Below are positions 20,440 to 29,735 of a stretch of DNA of 54,395 nt, piece by piece. Source of the stretch: Candidatus Gottesmanbacteria bacterium RIFCSPLOWO2_01_FULL_42_22 (GTDB lineage Bacteria; Patescibacteriota; Microgenomatia; 2-02-FULL-39-11); assembly GCA_001779315.1 (NCBI GenBank), contig MFJU01000025.1, forward strand, positions 1-54,395, read 5' to 3'. Within the stretch, counting starts at the first letter, position 1, and each line of letters starts with the position of its first letter. Both the position numbers and the translations under genes were made by a program. The notes below the pieces were generated by a model that was not told the origin of the DNA, did not search any database, and saw nothing but the letters and a program-made list of their open reading frames with translations.

Positions 20440-21568
20440 AAATAAAGGACGGCCTAAAATTGCCCTGGTTTATGACCGGGTAGTTAAATTCGGAGGGGCA
20501 GAGAGAATCCTTTTGGCTTTAAACCGCCTCTGGCCGGATGCGCCTCTCTATACGGCGGTTTATAATAACCGCAAAGTTCCCTGGGCAAAAAAAATTGAGG
20601 TAAAGACTTCTTTCCTGAAATATTTGCCGATTGCCGACCGTTATCAGGAAATTCTGCCCTTTTTAACTCCCTATGTTTTTGAAAATTTCAATTTTGACGA
20701 TTTTGATATTGTTATTTCGGTAACTTCCTCTGATGCCAAAAGCATAGTGACCAAACCGGGAACTTTGCATATCTGCTATTGCCTGACTCCCACCAGATAT
20801 CTTTGGAGCGGATATGAAGAATATCTGAAGGAACCCGGAGTGGGTTTATTTAATCCTTTAGCCAGATTGATTCTCAAAACATTTCTGCCACACTTAAGAC
20901 ACTGGGATTATCTCTCTTCGGCAAGAGTGGATCAGTATCTCAGTATTTCCCAGACGGTGCAAAAGAGAATTTGGCATTATTACAAAAGAAAAGCGCAAAT
21001 TATCTATCCGCCTGCCGCAACCCATTTTTTTCGATTGTCAAAGAATAAACCCACCCTCGATTATTACCTTATCGTTTCCAGGCTGGTGCCTTATAAAAGC
21101 CTTGATTATGCCATAAAAGCCATTAACCGTTTAAAGACAAATCTTATCATTATCGGCAGCGGAATTGACCGAGGGCGTTTGCGATCCCTGGCCGGACCGA
21201 CTGTCAAATTTATAGAGGGCAATTTGACAGACAGGAAATTGTGTTGGTATTATCAAAATTGCCGTAGCTTAATTTTTCCCGGTGAAGAAGATTTCGGCTT
21301 GACGGCTGTCGAAGCTCAAGCCTGCGGCCGTCCGGTTATCGCTTTAAACAAAGGCGGGGCAGCCGAAAGCATCCGCCCCGGACTAACAGGTTTATTGTAT
21401 GAACACAAATCCGAAGAATCTCTGATTGACACTATTAATAAATTTGAAAAGATGAATTTTGAACCCCACGACTGCCGGGAAAATTCTTTGAAGTTTGCTG
21501 AAGGTATTTTTGAAAAGAGAATGAAGGAGACAATTTTAAATTTTTGGAAAGAAGGAAATTGGGCATGA
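20426..21568 (+). CDS. Glycosyltransferase family 4 (mannosyltransferase-like)
   Basis: GGAER, HICYCLTPTRYLW, SRLVPYK, EEDFGLTAVEAQACG; alternative ATGs at 20411 and 20420. Confidence 0.9.
   Translation: MPGNKNKGRPKIALVYDRVVKFGGAERILLALNRLWPDAPLYTAVYNNRKVPWAKKIEVKTSFLKYLPIADRYQEILPFLTPYVFENFNFDDFDIVISVTSSDAKSIVTKPGTLHICYCLTPTRYLWSGYEEYLKEPGVGLFNPLARLILKTFLPHLRHWDYLSSARVDQYLSISQTVQKRIWHYYKRKAQIIYPPAATHFFRLSKNKPTLDYYLIVSRLVPYKSLDYAIKAINRLKTNLIIIGSGIDRGRLRSLAGPTVKFIEGNLTDRKLCWYYQNCRSLIFPGEEDFGLTAVEAQACGRPVIALNKGGAAESIRPGLTGLLYEHKSEESLIDTINKFEKMNFEPHDCRENSLKFAEGIFEKRMKETILNFWKEGNWA
21224..21253 (+). promoter_or_regulatory. Putative internal sigma70 promoter upstream of manC
   Basis: TTGACA-18 nt-TATTAT with extended TGn, inside the GT4 coding region. 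Confidence 0.45.
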
Positions 21569-22647
21569 AAGCCATTATATTTGCCGGCGGAGTCGGAACC
21601 AGATTATGGCCTTTATCCAGGAAGAGTTCTCCGAAACAATTTGAAAAAGTTATAGGCAATAAGTCTACTTTAGAGCTGTCCATAGAGAGATTAGTGCCTG
21701 ATTTTGCCTGGGAGGATATTTATATTTCCACTAATGAACAATACGTGGACCAGCTAAATAAACAGCTGCCGAAACTTCCCCTTTCGAATATTATTGGTGA
21801 ACCGGAAACCCGGGATGTCGGTCCGGCGGTAGCTTTGATCACGGCTATTCTTCACAAAAGCCATCCCCGGACGCCAATAGTCATACTTTGGAGTGATCAT
21901 CTGATTAAAAAACAGGATCTGTTCAAAAAAATCCTTTCGATGAGCCGCAAGCAAATCGAACACAATAAACACCATATTATTTTTATTACCCAAAAACCCA
22001 GATTCGCCAGCCAGAATTTAGGTTGGATAAAATACGGAACTGAATGGGGAGTTGAAGACGGAATTGCCTTCCGGCAATTTACGGGTTTCAAGTACAGGCC
22101 CAGTCTATCGGAAGCAGCTGAATTTTTCAAAAGCGGCCATTACGGTTGGAATACGGGTTATTTCGTGACAACACCCTCATACCTGAAAAAACAATTCCGC
22201 CAATTTCAGCCGGAAATAACGGATTATCTGGACAGATTGGAAAAAGCTTACGGCAGTAAAAACTTTAAAAGTGAATTAAATAAGATTTATCCGCTTTTAC
22301 CGAAAATATCTTTTGACAACGCCATTCTGGAAAAAATTTCGAAAGAAGATGGTTTGGTGGTTTCCGAGGATTTGGGCTGGAGTGATGTGGGAGCCTGGGA
22401 AGCGCTCAAGGAAGCTTTGCAGACAGGAGCTTCAAAAAATGTGGTCAAAGGTAAAGTGGTAGTAACGGATTGCGAGGACTCTCTCATTTATAATTATACT
22501 GATCAGCTATTGGTCACCATCGATCTCAACGGTCATCTGGTTATCAATACACCGGATGTAGTTTTGGTCTGCCATAAGAATTCCGTTCCCAAAATAAAAA
22601 AATTGGTGGAAAGCCTGTCCAACTCGGAAAACGAGCATCTGGTTTGA
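21565..22647 (+). CDS. manC: Mannose-1-phosphate guanylyltransferase
   Basis: MKAIIFAGGVGTRLWPLSR..PKQF, SDH, WNTG, ISFD.AILEK, GWSDVGAW; ATG 21565 overlaps the upstream TGA. Confidence 0.88.
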   Translation: MKAIIFAGGVGTRLWPLSRKSSPKQFEKVIGNKSTLELSIERLVPDFAWEDIYISTNEQYVDQLNKQLPKLPLSNIIGEPETRDVGPAVALITAILHKSHPRTPIVILWSDHLIKKQDLFKKILSMSRKQIEHNKHHIIFITQKPRFASQNLGWIKYGTEWGVEDGIAFRQFTGFKYRPSLSEAAEFFKSGHYGWNTGYFVTTPSYLKKQFRQFQPEITDYLDRLEKAYGSKNFKSELNKIYPLLPKISFDNAILEKISKEDGLVVSEDLGWSDVGAWEALKEALQTGASKNVVKGKVVVTDCEDSLIYNYTDQLLVTIDLNGHLVINTPDVVLVCHKNSVPKIKKLVESLSNSENEHLV

Positions 22648-23327
22648 TAAAAAATCGGTCAAATAATATGCCTATTTTTAAGGGTGTAAATTACGATTCG
22701 TATCTAAAAAGATTAATGGATATATTGTTATCTGTGGTCCTGGGACTCTTTTTTTTGCCCTTAGGGGTCATTTTAGCCGTCCTCATCAAATTGGATTCAG
22801 CAGGTCCCGTCTTTGCCGATACCCCTGAAAGAGTCGGTAAAAACGGGCGTCTATTTAAAATGTTCAAATTCCGCTCCATGGTAGCCAATGCCCATATGAT
22901 GCTGAGACATGATCCGAAATTGAAAACCCTATATGCCAAATACAAGAAAAACAGCTATAAATTGGCAGAAGATCCCCGTGTCACCAACTTGGGTAAAATT
23001 TTAAGGAAACACTCCCTGGATGAAATTCCTCAATTGGTCAACGTTATTATCGGCCATATGAGTTTGGTCGGTCCCAGAGCTTATTATCCTGATGAGCTTT
23101 CCAACCAGCAGAAGAAATATCCAGAGACTAAAAAGCTCGTTTCCAAAGTCCTATCCATCAAGCCGGGTATAACCGGTTTCTGGCAGGTTTCAGGCAGAAG
23201 CGCCGTCAATTTTGATAAAAGAATTGCCATGGATGCGGATTATGTCGAGCACAGATCCTTATGTTATGATATAAAAATTCTTCTGGTAACCCCTTGGGCT
23301 ATGATCAGCGGAAAAGGGGCAGTTTAA
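22644..23327 (+). CDS. Priming phosphoglycosyltransferase (Bac_transf sugar transferase)
   Basis: KRLMDI, FKFRSM, DPRVT, LDEIPQL, MSLVGPR, PGITGFWQVSGR; alternative ATG 22668. Confidence 0.93.
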   Translation: MIKNRSNNMPIFKGVNYDSYLKRLMDILLSVVLGLFFLPLGVILAVLIKLDSAGPVFADTPERVGKNGRLFKMFKFRSMVANAHMMLRHDPKLKTLYAKYKKNSYKLAEDPRVTNLGKILRKHSLDEIPQLVNVIIGHMSLVGPRAYYPDELSNQQKKYPETKKLVSKVLSIKPGITGFWQVSGRSAVNFDKRIAMDADYVEHRSLCYDIKILLVTPWAMISGKGAV

Positions 23328-25247
23328 ATGGAGACATTCGGATACAATAAAATCTCTTTTGATGAAGGTAAAAAACCCGATCAGGTTACAACCGTCAAGA
23401 AATTTAAAGGTAGAAGAATAAGTAAGAGGATTTTCCTCACAAGCCTCATTTTACCCCTTCTAATAATTATCATTGGTCTTATTCTCTATTTTCCGCTTAA
23501 GGATTTGAAAATGGCCGTTTCCGAAAGTGTAAGGATAGCCGGAGCAGTATACCAGGCCGGTAAAAAGCAGGATATCGAAAAAGTGCAGCCTAAGCTTGGC
23601 GAACTTAAAAAAAGCCTGGAAAAAGTCGATTCAAAAATAAAGATTTTGTCATGGCTTTCACCTTTACCCGTAATCGGCAATTATCAGAAAGACGCTGCCA
23701 GTTTAGTAAAGGGAAGCATTTACGGTGTCGAGGCAGCGCAGATCACCGTCGATACCATAGTCCCTTACGCGGACTTACTCGGTTTAAAAGGCAAATCCAC
23801 TTTTGTTTCCGGTTCAGCTGATGACAGGATTAAAACCGCGGTTGAAACCATGGATAAAATCGTGCCGTCAATTGACAAGATCGCCGCTAAAATTGAGTTG
23901 GCTGAAAAAGAATTGGATAGGGTTGACCCCGCCCGCTATCCGGAAAAAATCGGCAAGACAGTCGTACGCGCCAGAATGGCGGGAGGGAAAAAACTTTTTT
24001 CCGAAACAGCCTCACTTTTTGTGGAAGCACAGCCGTTTTTAAGAAATCTGCCGCAGCTTCTGGGCAATCAAAAAGAAAAGCGTTATCTGGTTATCTTTCA
24101 GAATGATGCAGAACTTAGAGCCACCGGAGGCTTCATGACCGCTTTTGCCATATTTAAAGTGGATAAGGGCAAGCTGACCGTTGAGCGTTCGGATGATATC
24201 TATAAACTGGATGAAGCCAAAAAAAGGAGTTTTCCGGCTCCTGACAAGATTGCTTTATACCATAAGGATGTGCCTAATTTCCAATTGAGGGACAGCAATT
24301 TATCGCCTGATTTCAGGGAATCAATGACGGCTTTTGAAAAACTGCTTTCCGATTCATCAGTCGATTTGGGGGAGTATCAGGGAATTGTTGCTTTGGATAC
24401 CCATGTTCTGGTTTCAACAGTGAAAATTCTGGGAGATTTCACAATTGCAGGCCGGATTTTTTCAGCTGAGAACGATAAACGCTGCGATTGTCCGAAAATC
24501 ATTTATGAAATGGAAGATTATGCCACCAGGCCGGTCGCTTTTATCAGAGAAGACCGCAAGGGTATAATCGGCACTTTGCTTTACCAGATTATGCAAAGGG
24601 CCCTGGGAGTTTCCCCTTCACAATACTGGGGTAAACTCTCCCAGATGTTTCTGGAGGAGGCCAGTCAAAAACATTTGCTGTTCTATTTTAAGGATGAGGA
24701 ACCGCAAAAAGGCATCGAGGCTCTTAATTTCGGCGGCAGAATGCAAAAATTTGAGGGCGATTATCTTCACATCAACAATGTTAATTTTGCCGGAGCCAAA
24801 TCCAATCTTTTTGTGCGGAATTTTGTCAGGAAAGAAGGAAAAACAGGGGATGAAGCTGTCCATAAATTAGTTTTAACTTATAAAAATCCCGAGCCGGCCT
24901 CCAACTGTAATTTGGAAGCCGGCCAGCTTTGTCTTAACGGAATCTTAAGAAACTGGTTAAGAGTCTATGTGCCTAAAGGTTCAGAGCTTATCGAATTTAA
25001 GGGCAGTGAAAAAAAGACATTAACATATGAGGAATTCAATAGATCTGTTTTTGAAGGTTTTTTCACGGTTAAACCTCAGGGGTCAGCCACGGTCGAAATC
25101 CGTTATAAAATACCGTCAAGCGTGGACGCTAAAAAGCTGTATATCCAGAAACAACCGGGCACACAGGATCATGAATATACGGTCAGTTTAAACGGCCACG
25201 AACAGAAAGTCATATTGAATTCCGATGCGGAATTGTCATTTAATTGA
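23328..25247 (+). CDS. DUF4012-domain membrane-anchored protein
   Basis: N-terminal TM, helical region, YLVIFQNDAELRATGGF, RDSNLSPDF, GAKSN, RVYVPKGS, QKQPG. Confidence 0.8.
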   Translation: METFGYNKISFDEGKKPDQVTTVKKFKGRRISKRIFLTSLILPLLIIIIGLILYFPLKDLKMAVSESVRIAGAVYQAGKKQDIEKVQPKLGELKKSLEKVDSKIKILSWLSPLPVIGNYQKDAASLVKGSIYGVEAAQITVDTIVPYADLLGLKGKSTFVSGSADDRIKTAVETMDKIVPSIDKIAAKIELAEKELDRVDPARYPEKIGKTVVRARMAGGKKLFSETASLFVEAQPFLRNLPQLLGNQKEKRYLVIFQNDAELRATGGFMTAFAIFKVDKGKLTVERSDDIYKLDEAKKRSFPAPDKIALYHKDVPNFQLRDSNLSPDFRESMTAFEKLLSDSSVDLGEYQGIVALDTHVLVSTVKILGDFTIAGRIFSAENDKRCDCPKIIYEMEDYATRPVAFIREDRKGIIGTLLYQIMQRALGVSPSQYWGKLSQMFLEEASQKHLLFYFKDEEPQKGIEALNFGGRMQKFEGDYLHINNVNFAGAKSNLFVRNFVRKEGKTGDEAVHKLVLTYKNPEPASNCNLEAGQLCLNGILRNWLRVYVPKGSELIEFKGSEKKTLTYEEFNRSVFEGFFTVKPQGSATVEIRYKIPSSVDAKKLYIQKQPGTQDHEYTVSLNGHEQKVILNSDAELSFN

Positions 25248-25259
25248 CTTACTTCCCTC

Positions 25260-25820
25260 ATGCGAAAATTTTACACGGCAGATTCCATCGTTATCAGAAA
25301 AATGAAGTTAGGGGAAGCTGATGTCCGCCTGACTGTCCTAACATTAGAATACGGCCGGATAATTGTCAAAGCTCCGGGTTTAAGAAAAATTACCAGCCGG
25401 AGATCTCCTTACCTTGACCTGTTTAATTACGTCAAACTGTTTATAACAGAGGGCAGAGCATTCCAGATTATTAGCGATATCGAACCTTTTGAAAGTTTCA
25501 ATTATCTGAGACAAAAATTACAGCGCATCGGAATGGCCTATAAACTTTCCGAAGTTTGCGACAGATTGCTTCCCGAGAACGAACCGTATCCGGAAATATT
25601 CAATCGGCTTTTATTTTCTTTGAGATTGCTGAATAAGCCCGAATCAGATCCTGAAAAGACCGCTGATATTTTTTGTCTGGATCTTTTAAAGAGATTAGGT
25701 TTCCTGCCTCGCGAGACGCATCTTGAAGGAAACAAGCTGAATATGATGCTTGAGGAAGTAATGGAGAAGCAAATCAAGAGTTTGACTCTCTTGACAAAAA
25801 TCGGCCGCAGTTTAAGATGA
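25260..25820 (+). CDS. recO: DNA repair protein RecO (short form)
   Basis: GEADVRLTVLTLEYGRI..KAPGLRKITSRR, LPENE. Confidence 0.88.
   Translation: MRKFYTADSIVIRKMKLGEADVRLTVLTLEYGRIIVKAPGLRKITSRRSPYLDLFNYVKLFITEGRAFQIISDIEPFESFNYLRQKLQRIGMAYKLSEVCDRLLPENEPYPEIFNRLLFSLRLLNKPESDPEKTADIFCLDLLKRLGFLPRETHLEGNKLNMMLEEVMEKQIKSLTLLTKIGRSLR
25791..25818 (+). promoter_or_regulatory. Putative sigma70 promoter for glyQS inside the recO 3' end
   Basis: TTGACA-16 nt-TAAGAT, with ATG 25826 7 nt downstream. Confidence 0.5.
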
Positions 25821-25825
25821 TAAAC

Positions 25826-27106
25826 ATGGATAAGATTGTCAGTTTGGCCAAAAGACGGGGATTTGTTTTTCCTTCCAGTGAAATTTACGGTGGCTTCGGC
25901 GGATTCTGGGATTACGGACCGTGGGGGGTGGAACTGAAGAACAATATAAAAAATTTCTGGTGGCATGAATTTGTGCATTCGCGGGATGACATTTTCGGTT
26001 TGGATTCCTCGATAATAATGAATCCGAAGATCTGGGAAGCCTCGGGCCATACCGGACCCGGATTTGCTGATCCTTTAAGGGAATGTTTAAGCTGTCATAA
26101 GAGATTCCGCGGTGATGAACTTTCAGAAGATAAATGCCCGGTTTGCCAGGGGAAGCTCTCCAAGGAAAAAAAATTCAATATTCTGGTGAAAACTTTTATC
26201 GGACCTATCGAAGATGAGACTGCTGTGGCTTATCTTCGCGGGGAGACAGCCCAGGCAATATTCGTCAATTTTGACAATATTTTAAATACCTTCCATCCCC
26301 GATTGCCGTTTGGAATAGCTCAAATCGGTAAAGCTTTCAGAAATGAAATCACTCCCGGAAAATTTATCTTCAGAAGCCGTGAATTTGAGCAGATGGAACT
26401 GGAATATTTCATTTATCCTGAATCGGACAAGGAGCAGTTTATTTACTGGAAAGAATTCTGCCTGGCCCATTTAAAAAAACTGGGATTAAAAAGCGAAAAT
26501 TTGAGGTTTTATGACCATCCGAAAGAAAAACTGTCGCATTATTCCAAAGGCACAACTGACATCGAATACAAATTTCCTTTCGGCTGGGCGGAAATTTGGG
26601 GAATTGCCAGAAGGAGTGATTTTGATTTAAAACAGCACAGCCGATTTTCCGGCAAAGACTTAAGTTTCAAAGAGAGCGATAGCGGAGAGAAGCTCCTGCC
26701 TTATGTAATAGAACCTTCCTTAGGTGTCGACAGGCTGATGTTTGCCCTTCTCTCGGATGCTTATTGTGAAGAGGGTAAAAGAGTTATTTTGAAGCTTATA
26801 CCTCAGATGGCGCCTGTCAAAGCAGCTGTTTTCCCTCTGGTATCCAACAAGGAAGTACTGGTTAAAAAAGCCAGGGAAATTTACTCAGATATAAAACAGT
26901 CTCTGCCCGCTGTTTTTGATGGGCGCGGTAATATCGGAAAGAGATATTATGCCCAGGATGAGATCGGCACGCCTTGGTGCGTTACTATCGACTATGATAC
27001 ACTCAAAGATGATACGGTTACCGTCAGAAACCGTGATACAGCCAAGCAGGAACGAGTTGACAGCCATAAATTAACCGGGTTTCTGAAGAAGCAGTTAAAT
27101 TCATGA
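25826..27106 (+). CDS. glyQS: Glycine--tRNA ligase (homodimeric class II type)
   Basis: MDKIVSLAKRRGF, DYGP.G, YLRGETAQ, GKAFRNEI, REFEQME, VIEPSLGVDR, IGKRY..QDEIGTP; alternative ATG 25817. Confidence 0.95.
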   Translation: MDKIVSLAKRRGFVFPSSEIYGGFGGFWDYGPWGVELKNNIKNFWWHEFVHSRDDIFGLDSSIIMNPKIWEASGHTGPGFADPLRECLSCHKRFRGDELSEDKCPVCQGKLSKEKKFNILVKTFIGPIEDETAVAYLRGETAQAIFVNFDNILNTFHPRLPFGIAQIGKAFRNEITPGKFIFRSREFEQMELEYFIYPESDKEQFIYWKEFCLAHLKKLGLKSENLRFYDHPKEKLSHYSKGTTDIEYKFPFGWAEIWGIARRSDFDLKQHSRFSGKDLSFKESDSGEKLLPYVIEPSLGVDRLMFALLSDAYCEEGKRVILKLIPQMAPVKAAVFPLVSNKEVLVKKAREIYSDIKQSLPAVFDGRGNIGKRYYAQDEIGTPWCVTIDYDTLKDDTVTVRNRDTAKQERVDSHKLTGFLKKQLNS

Positions 27107-27552
27107 AAAGGATAATCATTACTGCTGTTCTTTTAATAACGGTATTGGCAGGAGGTATTACCCTTCTTTCGCAAAGCAGCAAAACTGCGCCGGAGGAGGA
27201 TTTAGTGCCGACACCGACCGTAATACTTCCCACAGTCACTGAAGATGTGGTGGTGGAGGTTATCCCGGAAAACGGCAATAAAGCAATTACCCTCAAAATT
27301 TCCGGCATTCCGGATAAGACACAATCGATAGAGTATGAATTGACTTACGTTACGGGAGACGGTTTGCCCAGGGGAGTGTTAGGAGAAATAAAACTTGATG
27401 AAAATGAAAAGGAAATAATCAGGGACAATATTGTTTTGGGGACCTGTTCCAGCGGCAAATGCGTCTATGACTTGGGGGTTGAGAAAATAGACTTATCTTT
27501 GAAATTTAACGGTGACACTGTTTCGGTCTTTCAAAAATCTTATAATCTGTGA
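27103..27552 (+). CDS. Hypothetical membrane-anchored protein
   Basis: N-terminal TM, PTPT linker, beta-rich domain with GTCSSGKCVYD. Confidence 0.75.
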   Translation: MKRIIITAVLLITVLAGGITLLSQSSKTAPEEDLVPTPTVILPTVTEDVVVEVIPENGNKAITLKISGIPDKTQSIEYELTYVTGDGLPRGVLGEIKLDENEKEIIRDNIVLGTCSSGKCVYDLGVEKIDLSLKFNGDTVSVFQKSYNL

Positions 27553-27578
27553 TACACTTTTTTTAGAGAAATTAAAAT

Positions 27579-29198
27579 ATGCTTTATTTAAGCCTGACAG
27601 ATAATTCGTTAGAGCTTCTGGAAACCAAAAAAGGACTGATTGGCGATGAAAAATTCGTTTCAGTTTCCCGCAAATTACTGAAGGAAAAAGTAGTAGAATT
27701 GGGCCTGATTACAGATAGCGAAGGGTTATTGTCGGCCTTCCGGGAAGCCCTGACAACAGCCTATCCAAAAGAAATAAAGGAAAAACAAATTTCTCTGGTT
27801 CTGCCGGGAGACCAGGTAGTCATCAAGAGATTTGCAGTCCCTTTGGAAGTTAAAGTCACTCCTGACTGGATTATTAAGGAAGCCGGAAAGTATTTACCCC
27901 AGGATATCAGCCATTATGAAAGCTATTTTAAAGAAATCAGCGGTAAAAACGGCAAAATCATCCTCTTTACCGCTTTGCCTTTATCTTTAATATTGTCATA
28001 CCATCATCTGTTTTCCAGGGACAAAATCAAAATAAATTTTCTGTCCGTTGCCCCATTTTCAGTTTATGCCTTTTTGAGGCAAAAGATTGCCGAAGGGGAA
28101 ACTTGTCTTTACGCTGATTTGGATAAGCATGAAAGATATTATTTACTCGATTATGAAGGACCGGTGACGGTTTTCCATAAAAAATCAACCGGTAAACTCA
28201 TTACCGATCTGAAATCCGCTCTTAAAAAATTGGATGACGAAAAACTTAAACCTTCCAGAATCTACCTGGCCGGTGAAAAATCGCTGGAGGCAAAAATTGA
28301 GGAATTGAGCGAAACCTTAAGTTTGCCTGTAGAAAAAATGAGCCAGCTAATTTCTGATAACCGGATGCAAATTCTGCCCGGGCAAACGATGGATAAAATT
28401 GATACAGGCGGTGTGCCCTTGTTTTATTTTGATAAAACATTTGGACTTATCAACCTGGCCAAGCTTTCAGATGTACCCAATTTCGCCTCAGATCTGAAGC
28501 TTATCGAGGAAAGATACCAAAAAACTGCCTCTGCCGTCATCCCTGCTGATGAAGTAAAAATACCTGTACAGCCAGCTCCGGAGACAAAACCGATGATGGA
28601 AACTGTCGAAGTAACTAGCAAAGAAGAAACAGTAGTTGCTGAGGAAAAAAGCGTCATAGAGAAGGAAACCGAGAAAATTAAGGAAGAACCTTTAATCAGC
28701 GAAAATATTGTTGAATACAAGAGATCCCAGCCGGGCATGTTTTTAAATAAATTTGTCTGGTTCGTCATCGCTTTGGCTCTAGGACTTTTGACAGTTGGAG
28801 GATTCCTGGTAGTAAGACAAAAAGGTTCAATCAGTCTGCCTTTCCTTGCCTCACCCACGGTAACTGCGACACCGACAGCCGTACCCACGGTAACGCCAAC
28901 ACCGACAATCGATGCTGCTCTTAAAAGAAAAGACCTGACAGTTTCCGTACTTAACGGTACCGATAAAAGTGGTTTTGCCAGGACAACCGCTGATAAACTG
29001 GAAAAAGACGGTTATACACTCGGAACAGTCGGTAATGCCGAAGAAGATAGTAAAGAGACTATTGTCAGAATTAAAGAGAGCAAGAAGAACTTCCTGCCGC
29101 TTCTCTTTTCCGATCTTAAAGAAGAATTCCCGACAGTCAAAACCGAAACTCTGCCCTCCGACGATAAAGCCGACGCCGTCCTCATCCTCGGCCAATAA
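27579..29198 (+). CDS. Membrane protein: degenerate PilM/actin-like N-terminal domain, TM, Pro/Thr linker and LytR_C domain
   Basis: C-terminus VSVLNGTDKSGFA...GTVGNA...DAVLILG is LytR_C-like. N-terminus (LSLTDNSLELL, ISLVLPG..V.IKRF, IYLAGE) follows the PilM pattern, which is an inference. Confidence 0.65.
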   Translation: MLYLSLTDNSLELLETKKGLIGDEKFVSVSRKLLKEKVVELGLITDSEGLLSAFREALTTAYPKEIKEKQISLVLPGDQVVIKRFAVPLEVKVTPDWIIKEAGKYLPQDISHYESYFKEISGKNGKIILFTALPLSLILSYHHLFSRDKIKINFLSVAPFSVYAFLRQKIAEGETCLYADLDKHERYYLLDYEGPVTVFHKKSTGKLITDLKSALKKLDDEKLKPSRIYLAGEKSLEAKIEELSETLSLPVEKMSQLISDNRMQILPGQTMDKIDTGGVPLFYFDKTFGLINLAKLSDVPNFASDLKLIEERYQKTASAVIPADEVKIPVQPAPETKPMMETVEVTSKEETVVAEEKSVIEKETEKIKEEPLISENIVEYKRSQPGMFLNKFVWFVIALALGLLTVGGFLVVRQKGSISLPFLASPTVTATPTAVPTVTPTPTIDAALKRKDLTVSVLNGTDKSGFARTTADKLEKDGYTLGTVGNAEEDSKETIVRIKESKKNFLPLLFSDLKEEFPTVKTETLPSDDKADAVLILGQ

Positions 29199-29244
29199 TC
29201 CTTTAGTATTTTAGAGTTCTCCCGAATGTCATTTCTGATCCCTC

Positions 29245-29273
29245 TTGACAAGTGTTTTTTTATGTAGCAATAT
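29245..29273 (+). promoter_or_regulatory. Putative dcw (mraZ) promoter
   Basis: Perfect TTGACA at 29245, 17-nt spacer, weak -10 (CAATAT). Confidence 0.55.
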
Positions 29274-29282
29274 GGTTTTGCT

Positions 29283-29322
29283 GGGTGAAAAGTGTAGAAA
29301 AATGGTGAAAAATGTAGGAAAT
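29283..29322 (+). promoter_or_regulatory. MraZ-binding direct repeats (4 x 10 bp)
   Basis: GGGTGAAAAG TGTAGAAAAA TGGTGAAAAA TGTAGGAAAT directly before the mraZ ATG; 10-bp periodicity is typical of MraZ operators. Confidence 0.75.
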
Positions 29323-29323
29323 T

Positions 29324-29722
29324 ATGTTTCTTGGTACTTTTGAGCCGAATCTGATGGATAAGGGCAGGCTGGCCCTGCCGAAAAAGATCCGGGAAGAACT
29401 GGGAAGTAAAAGACTGGTTTTGACGATCGGGTTTGAGAAATGCATTTTTGGCTTTACGGAAAAAACTTGGGAACAGGTAGCTGAACCGGAATTGCAAAGG
29501 CCTTTATTTTCCGATAAAGAGGGTCGAGATTTGAGAAGAAAAATGTTTTCCGACGCGTCACATGTGGAATTGGACGGTCAGGGCAGGTGCATCCTGCCGG
29601 AACGGATGGTGGAATTTGCCGGCATCAAAGAAAGGGTATTGGTCATGGGAGCCGGCGATCACTTTGAAATATGGAGTAAACAAGTCTGGGAGGAGTACCG
29701 GACAAATCTTGTCCGGGAATAA
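29324..29722 (+). CDS. mraZ: Transcriptional regulator MraZ
   Basis: MFLG, DKGRLALP, ELDGQGR, GAGDHFEIW. Confidence 0.95.
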   Translation: MFLGTFEPNLMDKGRLALPKKIREELGSKRLVLTIGFEKCIFGFTEKTWEQVAEPELQRPLFSDKEGRDLRRKMFSDASHVELDGQGRCILPERMVEFAGIKERVLVMGAGDHFEIWSKQVWEEYRTNLVRE

Positions 29723-29735
29723 AATCATACTGCCT

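Noticed and set aside
25740-25826. T-box leader for glyQS
   Set aside because: There is no intergenic space; recO runs up to the start.
28850-28910. Repetitive ACC/CCC-rich stretch as a DNA repeat element
   Set aside because: It encodes a Pro/Thr linker (PTVTATPTAVPTVTPTPT).
29562-29735. 58-aa N-terminal extension of RsmH in the ORF track (similarly MurF 42061, FtsW 47376, ManC 21544)
   Set aside because: These extensions overlap upstream genes; downstream ATGs match the family N-termini.
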